Below are positions 23,311 through 32,860 of a stretch of 64,000 bases of DNA, in pieces. How positions within the stretch are numbered: position 1 is the stretch's first letter; every line of letters starts with the position of its first letter. The notes beneath the pieces were generated by a model. It saw only the letters and a list, made by a program, of their open reading frames with translations, was not told the DNA's origin and did not search any database. The stretch comes from Lepidodermella squamata (Eukaryota > Animalia > Gastrotricha): contig JBLDXI010000046.1 in NCBI GenBank assembly GCA_047495785.1, positions 186,001 to 250,000 on the forward strand, read 5' to 3'. The position numbers were made by a program, and so were the translations under genes.

Positions 23311-23898
23311 TTTGAATCCTATTTATACCTGTTCGACTATTGAATGCGATTCGGTAACTTAGCAAGCCCGCTCAGCTCCTTCACCATGACGCCGTCTCGC
23401 TGTAGTGTGCAGAATTTCAGATCGTACTCTGGACACAAAACGGCCGACAGTTGCGCCCAAGCCTGCCTGTCTGACGCCAGATGTTTCTTTTTCCTATACT
23501 ATTCGAAGTTGACGTATTGTTTGCTGTACCCCAATTGCGACAACAACCTGGTCGCTTTAGGAACGCAGGAGCAATCAACAATGCTTGGCTACAAGGCAAA
23601 CTACGCAACTCACCCTTTACTTGCTACTACAACTACGGAGAAACCCGTTCAAGTCACACTTCCGATGACTTATTTCCAGACGACTAGCAACTTCTGCTGG
23701 AATCCAGTGTTGGCAACAATCAACGGAGTGAAAGACACCGCTGTTTGCGCTACGCATTGCTTGAAGAACACGAACTGCGTATTTTTCGCTCTCTCTGCGG
23801 ATAGTGCCACGTGTCAGCTGTACCCAAGTTGCAGCCAAATCCCAGGCACCCATGTTGCTTACCAGGCAAAGTACAAGGTTTCACCTCTAGGCCGCTAA
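23248..23898 (+). CDS. Small secreted double PAN/Apple-like domain protein (inverted paralogue)
   Basis: Exons 23248-23305 and 23363-23898. Shares GYKANYATHP and YQA.Y.VSP with the minus-strand gene. Confidence 0.85.
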
Positions 23899-24657
23899 AA
23901 AGGCCCGTAAAATAAGCCGGGAGAGTGTGAGAGATTGAGGTTGCGAAATGGGTTGAAAAATTGTAGAAATTGTAAATGAATAAAATCTGGAGTGTCGCCT
24001 TTTCTACTTTTTCACTTTAAGTTTATCATGTCGAGATTATAGGCCGGATTGGCATGCCATAGGTAAGTTGGCTAGGATACTTGTATTCGACCTTCATTAT
24101 CCGCATCCTGTCCGGCCGATGGAAATCGTCGAGGAAATAGACGGCGAGTTGATCGAGATAGAAAAAGCTCACAACCATCAGGGTGGCTTATAATCAATTA
24201 TCGATTTCTATTATCGATAGAACAATGTAAAAAAGGCTTTCACAGCTATCAACTGCGCACACTTTGATTTTAATTCAAAAGACTCCAATGTCAGTGCGCA
24301 AAGTAGGATGCTCGAATTGGGGGTACTTTCAGGCATTTTCAATCCCCAAGTTTTTCAGACCAAAAGGTCCCCCTGTGGTGTTTTCGGATATTCTTGCCGA
24401 GACGTCTCCATACGCCCGGTACTTCCGTTACTTCTCTCACTGGGCCGTACAACCTGGAGCCTTTGGCTGTGAGGAGTTTCTTGGCCAGGTTGTTTGAACA
24501 AAGCGAGCCAAGATCGATATATATATACTGACATTATTCATGCATGAAGATGAATCATAACTCGCCATTCTTAACTCGCCATTAATTTTACCGCCATCGA
24601 CCTTGCTCTCAGTCCGACCTACTGTTATTTGAAAACCTTTCAGCTTTATTCTGGAAA

Positions 24658-25482
24658 ATGAATGACTCTGAGTTTCTTAAAATTCTACGAAAACTGGAAA
24701 ATGACGATCGATCCTTACGAGAGATAGATTTGTCTGATTTCACAATCGAGTATGTTGTTACCAAAATGGATCATTCTGGTAACCCAATTTCGAAAAAAGA
24801 AACAGATGCACCTGCAACTAAACAACGTCAGCAAAAAGTTCTCAGGGCCTTGGAAAACAACACGGTGGTAACAGAGTTGAAAATTGGCGATGGTGAAGCT
24901 TGCATTAATGAGGTTTTGCGATGTCTACAAAATAATGCGCACATAAACTCATTGAGCTTGCACGGTGCAACAGTTGGGAGGAATCTCGCTGCTTTCGCTG
25001 GCCCTTTGGTTGGTGCGGCTGCATTTGGCGGCATCGGTGGTTTGCTCGGGGCAGTAGCAGCGTCGGTAGGTACTACTAGCCAGGTATCTTCACTGTGCTC
25101 GGTACTCCAACAAAACACCCTAACTAAGTTGGACCTCACCTGGACTGGCATTCACGACGAACATGCAGCGCAGATTTTCGCTTCTATACCTGTTCGCGGT
25201 TGTTTGAGCGTGTTGATACTGGACAGGAACTGGATAAAAGACGCGATTGTATCCGGGTTGTGTACATTTTTACGGAAGAATGCGTCTGTGGTGACCCTTT
25301 CAATCAAGCAGAATAATCTTAGTAAAGCTTCGGGGATCCTGATGGCTGATGCTATTCGCAACGGCTCTGGTATTCTGCATTCAATAGAACTTGGTGGCAA
25401 TACCAATCTTGATGTGGCAAATTCGGAATTGAAGTCCTTGCCGCAAGTTCGTGTCGACGGGGCGGCGTGCAATTTGATGTAA
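24658..25482 (+). CDS. RI-like leucine-rich-repeat protein with a Gly-rich hydrophobic insert and a C-terminal CaaX motif
   Basis: L..L.L..N.I repeats (NTVVTELKI, LTKLDLTWTGI, LSVLILDRNWI, VVTLSIKQNNL). Ends in CNLM*. Confidence 0.8.
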   Translation: MNDSEFLKILRKLENDDRSLREIDLSDFTIEYVVTKMDHSGNPISKKETDAPATKQRQQKVLRALENNTVVTELKIGDGEACINEVLRCLQNNAHINSLSLHGATVGRNLAAFAGPLVGAAAFGGIGGLLGAVAASVGTTSQVSSLCSVLQQNTLTKLDLTWTGIHDEHAAQIFASIPVRGCLSVLILDRNWIKDAIVSGLCTFLRKNASVVTLSIKQNNLSKASGILMADAIRNGSGILHSIELGGNTNLDVANSELKSLPQVRVDGAACNLM

Positions 25483-25715
25483 TTCAAACGAAAAATCTAC
25501 TTAACAGATTCATTTTGCTTTTACCGATAATTATTTGAAAATTGATGATTTATTGCTAATTAGAGTTTGGCAATAAAGATAAAGCTAAATTTATCTCCTC
25601 CATTCATGTTTCATCACCGACAAGCCGAACGTGATTTATTTGCATATGTTGACGTAACCCGTGCAAAATTGATAGTATTCAATTACAAGAAGCGCCAGGA
25701 GAAGAAGTTATAAAT

Positions 25716-27794
25716 ATGCTTAGTTTGTTCAAAACCATTGAAATGATATTTCTCGCAACGCTAGCTCACCTATTGCTTCTCAATGAAGCATCAAACGGCC
25801 AGCAGGCAATTCCCAAGCCATACCGTCTATCAGTGTATAGCTCTTTCATGATGACTGGGCTTGAACCTTCGACCTCGCAATGCTGCGTCTCTGCTACAAA
25901 ATACGTTGCCGATAATGTGAACAGCCGGTCGGACATTCTACCCGACTATCACCTCGATCTTTCAATCGACGACGAAAAGCTCAATGGATGGATGGGGCCG
26001 AGGCTTTTCATGAAATACCTGGAAAACTACGAAAAGCAAGCAGCGGATGGCCGGACCTATCTATCTCCAGTTATGCTTGGCCCGATGGGGGTTTGTAACA
26101 ACTTCGCTTTAGCCGCTAGGACCTTGGGATTCACGATGTTTTCGTCGGGTTGTAGCGGCTCCCAAATCTCGTGGAAAAGATGGTTATACCCGAATGTCTT
26201 CAGCATCCGTAGTCCAGGCGATGAGTACGCGATGGCGTGGATTAAGGTGGTTAAAGAGGTCGGAAAATGGAAGCAAATCGGAATCCTTCACGGCTCAGCG
26301 AACCCAAGCGATCTCGCCTCTACGTTACTCCTCGAAAGACTCTTCGTCCAACATGGTGTTGATGTGATCCACTCAGATGTAGCAAACGGGTACACCGAGG
26401 ATTTTGTAATCGCTGCCAAGAAAAGTAAAGCCCGAGTTTTCATCATTGGAGCTTCGCAACTAGGGTCATGTATTAACTTACTTTGCTGGGCCTATAAGCA
26501 TGGCATGCGGGCGCCTCATTACGCTTTCATCACCTCATTCTTCTGCTACATCCACCCGGATGCGGTAAACCAATGCCCGGTTGAAAATATCGTTTCAATG
26601 CTGAGGATTACTCTCTACGTCGGGTTTTTCACAAATCCAGCCAGGCCAATGGATGTACAAACCACTTTGGGGTACACAGCTCGACAATACGATGAGGCCT
26701 TTCTGAGATACGTCAATTTTACTAAATGCTTGGATTGGGAATTCCGACTTAACTGCCACGATTCTGCTATGACTGGATTGATCGCCCTCAATAGGACTGA
26801 AACATATTTGAGGCAAAAGTTCAACAAAACCATTCGGGATTTCAAAAACGATCCAGCTTTTATCACGCGTTTAATTGGAGCCAGTGTTACCGAGTCTGAA
26901 ATGATTGGGGTAATCCGGGGCCCGATAAGGTATTCGAGCTCACAAGACCTTATCGGCGATGCTGTATTCGTGGCACATCGCTGGTCTCAGAATTTAACAA
27001 AATCTCTTGTAAATGGGGTGCTATGTTTCCGAATGATTTTCTTGCCAAGTTTCATTCGGCAGCATGCAAATAACTTGAAGTATCAATCTAGCGGAGCGAG
27101 ACTATCGATTTTCAGAGCTGATACCGCGATGCAACCTGTTACCAGGACGAATTCGTTCGCCCCACTCACTAAGACTAATTCCTTAGCCCCACTTGTCAAG
27201 ACGAATTCGTTAGCTCCTCTTGCGAAAACTCCAAGTTTACGTACAAATTCAGCATTAAGGAGGCTCAGTTCAATCATACCTGAGGGGATCATGAACATCA
27301 TCAAACTGCAAGAGAGCCAGAAAGTTCAATATGGAACTTCTTTAATCTTCGTCATTTCACTCATTGGCGTGATCGTTTGGTCTTGTGCGCATCCCGTCCA
27401 GCTAATCACGCGCGTTTCGCCGCTACAGTTCGACGAGGAGGAGGATTCGTATTTTGAGATTCGAGACGAATTCTGCTACTCGCCGTATCAAATCTATTGG
27501 ATAGCTGCGTACCTTGTCATACACATTTTCCTGCTAATTATCGGGTGTATTTTCGCCTACGAAACACGTAAAGCTGATGTTAACAAGGAGTTTGAGATGC
27601 ACGTTAGATTAGCTAGATTGTCTGTTGTTAATGCTACTACCATGGTTTTGGCGACGATTTTGCTGGTGTTTTCGGTTCCAGGAGCTGGGGTATACTTGCA
27701 AGTAACAGTTTTCTGTTTCTCCTGCCTAATCTATGCTGTAAGCTCTGCGACCATTTCGCTTTATCCTGTATTCAAAAAATGTGAGAGGGTTTAG
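25716..27794 (+). CDS. Class C GPCR paralogue with an in-frame internal deletion (linker, TM1, TM2 and most of TM3)
   Basis: HRWSQNLTK joins directly to SLVNGVLCFR at ~27003. The ORF is otherwise intact. Confidence 0.85.
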   Translation: MLSLFKTIEMIFLATLAHLLLLNEASNGQQAIPKPYRLSVYSSFMMTGLEPSTSQCCVSATKYVADNVNSRSDILPDYHLDLSIDDEKLNGWMGPRLFMKYLENYEKQAADGRTYLSPVMLGPMGVCNNFALAARTLGFTMFSSGCSGSQISWKRWLYPNVFSIRSPGDEYAMAWIKVVKEVGKWKQIGILHGSANPSDLASTLLLERLFVQHGVDVIHSDVANGYTEDFVIAAKKSKARVFIIGASQLGSCINLLCWAYKHGMRAPHYAFITSFFCYIHPDAVNQCPVENIVSMLRITLYVGFFTNPARPMDVQTTLGYTARQYDEAFLRYVNFTKCLDWEFRLNCHDSAMTGLIALNRTETYLRQKFNKTIRDFKNDPAFITRLIGASVTESEMIGVIRGPIRYSSSQDLIGDAVFVAHRWSQNLTKSLVNGVLCFRMIFLPSFIRQHANNLKYQSSGARLSIFRADTAMQPVTRTNSFAPLTKTNSLAPLVKTNSLAPLAKTPSLRTNSALRRLSSIIPEGIMNIIKLQESQKVQYGTSLIFVISLIGVIVWSCAHPVQLITRVSPLQFDEEEDSYFEIRDEFCYSPYQIYWIAAYLVIHIFLLIIGCIFAYETRKADVNKEFEMHVRLARLSVVNATTMVLATILLVFSVPGAGVYLQVTVFCFSCLIYAVSSATISLYPVFKKCERV

Positions 27795-28141
27795 CCATTC
27801 GAAGCGGCAGTATTAATTATTAATATTCATACAGCAAATTATTCATATTGGAAACTGATTGAGTGTCTTGCGATTTAATTTATTTGATTGGAAAAATGAA
27901 CTGGCGAGTAAACTCAGTTTTTCTCCTCCGACGTGCTACGAGGGCGGTAATTTGTCTAGATTTAGCGAATATATATATGCCTAATCCAAGTGCCAAAATA
28001 TCAGGTTACGTTATGTAATCTCAATATCTCTAGCTAATCAGAAGGACTGACAAATTACGAAACATGTAAAAGACTCGATTTCACAATCATCCAAAGTCAG
28101 TTCGTCATCTTTTGCCAAATCATAAAATCGAGTTTCTAGAC

Positions 28142-30478
28142 ATGCGGCGTGCTGCATTTTTGTTTCAAGTTTTACTGGCTCTATTCGAAACTTTGAACGG
28201 CCGAGCAGCTGTTTTAAAGCCGTATCGACTATCAGTGTACAGTTCGTTTCTCATAACAGGTGCGGAACCTTCAACCTCACAGTGCTGCATAGCCGCCACT
28301 AAATTTGTAGTTGAACACATCAACAATCGAACTGACATTCTACCGGATTACACTCTCGATTTGTTTATCGATGACGAAAAGGTCAATAATTGGATGGGGC
28401 CAAGGCTTTTCATGAAATACCTTGACAACTACGAGAAACAAGCCGCGGATGGTCAGACCTACTTGTCACCAGTTATGCTAGGTCCGATGTCGGTTTGCAA
28501 CAACTTCGCCCTAGCTGCTAGAATATCAGGATTCTCCATGTTTTCAACACTGTGCAACAGCCCTCAAATTGCGTGGAGGAGGTCACTTTACCCGAATGTT
28601 TTCAGCAGCCGATGTCCTGCCGATGAGTACGCGTCTGCCTGGATCATGGTCGTTAAAAGGATAGGACGGTGGAAGCAAATCGGGATGCTTCACAACTCGG
28701 CTAATCCTAACGACATCGCTTCCACGCTACCCCTCGAACGATTCTTTGTTGAACATGGAGTCGATGTTATCTATTCGGATGTCACGATTCTTTACTCTGA
28801 CGATTACGTAATCGCTGCGAAGCAGAGCAAAGCTCGGATTTTTGTTGTTGGCTCATCGCAACTCGCGTCATGTGTTGCGTTGCTGTGTTTGGCTTACAAG
28901 CATGGGATGCGAGCTCCTCATTACGTTTTCATTGTCAATTTCTACTGCCACTTCCAACCTGAATCTGTCACCCAATGCCCATTCGAGCATATCATCGCAA
29001 TGTTGAGAGTAACTTTTTACGTCGGTACTTTCACGAATCCCTTGAGGCCATTAGACATGAAAACAAGCTTGGGATACACAGCTCGGCAATATGAAGAAAG
29101 GTTTTTCAAGTACGTAAATTATACTCGTTGCTTTGATTGGGAGTTTCGACTCAGTTGCCATGATTCAGCTATGACTGGGTTGATAGTTCTTAATAGGACT
29201 GAAACTTATCTGCGGCAAAATTTCAACAAAACCATTCGTGATTTTAAGAATAATCCGGAATTATTCACTCGTATTGTCGGCAACAGCGCAATTGAGCCTG
29301 AAATGGCGGGGGTGACTAGAGGTCCAATAAGGTATTCGAAATCCCGGGACATAATTGGGGATACGGTCTTCATAGCACAACGCTGGTCGCAAAATTTATT
29401 GAAACTATACTACACGATGGAAAGAATCGACCCAAAGATAACCTTGCCAACAAATTACTCAAATTATGAGTTGAAGCGATTCCCGACAAATGATACGCTG
29501 ATCTGGTTGACCAAGTCAGGCCGGCCCCCGAAAGATCTATCAGAAATTCAGCAAAGGGTAGTTGTCTACCCGGTGAAAACTATGATTGTAGCCATAGTGA
29601 TCTCAGGAATTTGTGTAGTTTATCTCCTTCTTTTGGCCGCCCTTTCGCTAAAGAGGAAATTATCCCGGCAATCTTCCTGTTACTTTGATTATCTTAACAA
29701 CGCAATCCTCCTTATTGGATGTCTATTCATGTGTGTCCAGTCAGTCTTAATGGTTGTTGGTATGAACTATTTCCCTGCGGAGTTGTGTAACTGGAGGAAG
29801 GTTTTCCTAATGCTTGGTCTTGCTCTAATCAACGGGGTTCTGTGCTTCCGAATGATATTTCTGCCAAGTTTCATCCGCCATCACGAAAATGGCAAAAATC
29901 CTCAGAAAAACGGTATGAAGAAAGATAATCGGCCATCATTTCGCTCCAATTCAGCACTTGGCGGCAGAATTTCAGTGATGAACGAGAATATTTCTGGAAA
30001 ATCAGGAGAAAAAAATGTCTTCTATGGCACTTTGTTCATCTTTGTACTGACGCTCGCTGGCTTGATCGTTTGGTCCGTAATACACCCAGTTCGGCTGTTA
30101 TCACGTATTTCGTCCCTTCAGTTCGATGACGAGGAGGATACGAATTTTGAGATTAGAGACGAACTATGCTACTCTCCGTATCAAATCTACTGGACAGCCG
30201 CATTTTTAGTCATCCATGTGTTCCTTCTAATTATCGGATGCATTTTCGCCTACGAAACACGTCATGCTAAAGTTGTCCTCGAGTTTCAGATGCATGTTAG
30301 ATTAGCTAGGTTGTCTGTTGTTAATGCTGCTACCATTGCTATGGCAACCATTTTGCTGGTCTTTTCGTTACCAGGAGCCGGGGTCTATCTTCAGATTTCT
30401 GTTTTAACTTTCTGCTGTTTGATGTATGCCACTAGCTCTGCGTCTATCGTCTCATTCCCAGTTTTCAAGGTTAAGTAG
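28142..30478 (+). CDS. Class C GPCR, GABA-B-like, intronless
   Basis: Signal peptide MRRAAFLFQVLLALF. All array motifs and 7TM present. Confidence 0.9.
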   Translation: MRRAAFLFQVLLALFETLNGRAAVLKPYRLSVYSSFLITGAEPSTSQCCIAATKFVVEHINNRTDILPDYTLDLFIDDEKVNNWMGPRLFMKYLDNYEKQAADGQTYLSPVMLGPMSVCNNFALAARISGFSMFSTLCNSPQIAWRRSLYPNVFSSRCPADEYASAWIMVVKRIGRWKQIGMLHNSANPNDIASTLPLERFFVEHGVDVIYSDVTILYSDDYVIAAKQSKARIFVVGSSQLASCVALLCLAYKHGMRAPHYVFIVNFYCHFQPESVTQCPFEHIIAMLRVTFYVGTFTNPLRPLDMKTSLGYTARQYEERFFKYVNYTRCFDWEFRLSCHDSAMTGLIVLNRTETYLRQNFNKTIRDFKNNPELFTRIVGNSAIEPEMAGVTRGPIRYSKSRDIIGDTVFIAQRWSQNLLKLYYTMERIDPKITLPTNYSNYELKRFPTNDTLIWLTKSGRPPKDLSEIQQRVVVYPVKTMIVAIVISGICVVYLLLLAALSLKRKLSRQSSCYFDYLNNAILLIGCLFMCVQSVLMVVGMNYFPAELCNWRKVFLMLGLALINGVLCFRMIFLPSFIRHHENGKNPQKNGMKKDNRPSFRSNSALGGRISVMNENISGKSGEKNVFYGTLFIFVLTLAGLIVWSVIHPVRLLSRISSLQFDDEEDTNFEIRDELCYSPYQIYWTAAFLVIHVFLLIIGCIFAYETRHAKVVLEFQMHVRLARLSVVNAATIAMATILLVFSLPGAGVYLQISVLTFCCLMYATSSASIVSFPVFKVK

Positions 30479-30589
30479 CTGAAGACTGAAGATTAACTCA
30501 GATTTATTGTGATAACCGCTTTTTTACGAGTACACTATCAGGTTGCTAATGAAAATAAAAAGGATGGAAATTTTCTAGTGTCTATATAG

Positions 30590-30873
30590 ATCACTTTGTC
30601 ACTATCGTGGCTAAATTTGTCTCTATTTTATTTCTGGCGTCTCTATCCATTTTTGTCTCTATAAAAGAGAGGTTTGTCATTATCTCTTCTAGCATTATTG
30701 TGCGACATCTCGATTTCTATAGCGACAACCTTTCATGCGGTGACAAATTGTTCCAACTTAGAGATTTGATTTAGTCGAGATAGTTACAAACCACTCTTTT
30801 ATAGAGACAAAAATGGATGGAGACGCCAGAAATAAAATAGAGACAAACATAGCCAAGATAGTGACAAAGTGAT
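30590..30873. mobile_element. Foldback/MITE-like element with ~88-bp inverted arms
   Basis: ATCACTTTGTCACTATC...TATAAAAGAG.GGTTTGT (30590-30677) pairs with ACAAACC.CTCTTTTATA...GATAGTGACAAAGTGAT (30786-30873). Confidence 0.8.
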
Positions 30874-31460
30874 TTTCCATAGTGACAAAAACATTTCGAG
30901 CCAATAAAAAATATGATCTTTAACAAGTGAACAAGTTTGGACATCGTGAGATTTTGATACCGCCAATTTCAAGGTCAACGAATAACGAGTCGACCTCTAT
31001 CAAAAATAATCGGAACGCAAATTTAACGAAACTGAAAATGTTTGTGTCTGTCGTAGAGTAAATGTTTGTCCAATGATACCCCTCGTTACAAGATCTCAAT
31101 TCATACCCCTTATCAGTTGCTAAAATGGGTTGCCGCCGCAGTAATTATAGTGAAAAAATTGGGTATATTAGCATGTGAAGTATGAATAATAATATTGGGT
31201 AAAACATCATGTGACTCATGTTGAAGAATTGTTGTCAGATAATGTATATAAATTCTTATCTTTTAGCCTTGATATCGTGAGTTCCCAGTCCTAAACAGAC
31301 AAATGATGATGTAAAATAAAAAAATGATAAAAGCAATCTACGCTTTCCACAGCAGAATGCACAATAAATAATAAATAAAAATGAATCATCTTCATTATCC
31401 CAAAGACTAGAAGTAACCGAAACTTGTATAACATTTCATTATAAAATTCCGAATTCTAAA

Positions 31461-32860
31461 ATGGCTTCCCTGTTACCTGCTCAAACTGGTTAGAGTTTTT
31501 CACAAGTCGTCGATCCTTTTTTCAATAAATTGATGATGTTTTCAGGCTCTGCCGTCGCAGATCGAGCTGACAATGAAGATGATGTAATTTGCGATGACAA
31601 CAAGGGCGATTCTTTTGAAAGCTCAACGATCTCTTCCGTGCCAAAGCAAGTCTCCTCTATCGGTGGTGAGGCGCCTCGACCCTTTTTAATTGCTAAACGT
31701 CGCAAGACAAATTGCAACAATAAATCAGTGTATCAGTGTGTATCTAGCGCAACCGTTACCACGGTAAGTCTTCAATTTCTTCTGAAGTTGTGCAATCTTC
31801 TACATTTTTCTGCCGTTTCAGAGTAACAGAAATCAAGGACTAAGCGAGGAGAAAAGAAACGGTATCCAAAATCAATTGATCCTGATTTTGCATGCTCATA
31901 AGTGTGAAAAACGAGATGCTATTGCAAAGTCTATAGCAGCAAGTGTTGCTGGTACTGCAACAAACCAGACTTTTCCGGACTGTAGAATCTCTCATTGTCG
32001 ACTAATGAAAGACGTGATCGGCCATCTGAAAAGCTGCAAGGATGATAAGTATTGCACCTGTAAGTTAAAGTTTTGGATTTAATTTTGAATATTTCCCAAG
32101 ATTGCATCGATTTTAGACAAAAAATGTTTGTCGACGCGGCAAATAATTGAACATTGGCAGGTGTGCAGGGACGAGGAGTGTCCGGTGTGTGCGAAAGTTC
32201 GGGCGCAGAGTCTCTTGCGGAAGCCTGTTTTCGATTGGAAAGTTTTCCGAAAAACATCTTGTGATAACGACCCTGGAGGCTGCGGCACCGTTATTCCCAT
32301 TCAAGCTAGTACATCAACTTGGCAGAAAGAATTCGGCACTGAAGCTAGGCAGGCTGCTCTCAATCAATTCATGCAAGAATTAAGGGTGAACAGTGGGGGC
32401 TACAGTGACTTGGAGGCTTTGCGCAAGTTTGCCGTTCAAACCGAAGCTGAAATTTTCACCCGATCTGATAAATCTGAGCAGTACTTTTTTTTACTGGCTG
32501 AGAAGCTCTACACTGCCTCGAAAGAACTCTTGCATACTGGAGGAAATGGTAAGTGTTGAAGACATTTTTGTAAACACTTTTACATGTTTTGTTTCTTACT
32601 CCTTAAAGCGGAAAATATAAATGGTGAGACTTCTCAATGCACGATTTGTTACTTGGACATCGTAAAACTCGGTTGCAGTTCGAGGCGATTGATTTGTGGA
32701 CATGGTAAATTTGAATTTGCATTTCTTCACCTCATTTCCTTATATCGATGTTTATCATCTAGCTTATCATATGGCATGCATCAACCGCTGGCTGAGAGAG
32801 AGTGACAATTGCCCAACTTGTAGAGCTATTGTACAGTCGCACTCAACAAGTAAACTGTAG
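31461..32860 (+). CDS. TAZ zinc finger + KIX + RING-H2 protein (CBP/p300-derived domains fused to an E3-type RING)
   Basis: Exons 31461-31488, 31546-31763, 31822-32059, 32117-32548, 32609-32704, 32763-32860, all GT-AG and in phase. TAZ1: EEKRNGIQNQLILILHAHKC...CRISHCRLMKDVIGHLKSC...C..KKCLSTRQIIEHWQVC...CPVC. KIX: WQKEF...QYFFLLAEKLYTASKEL. RING-H2: CTIC...CGHAYHMACINRWL...CPTCR. Confidence 0.85.
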
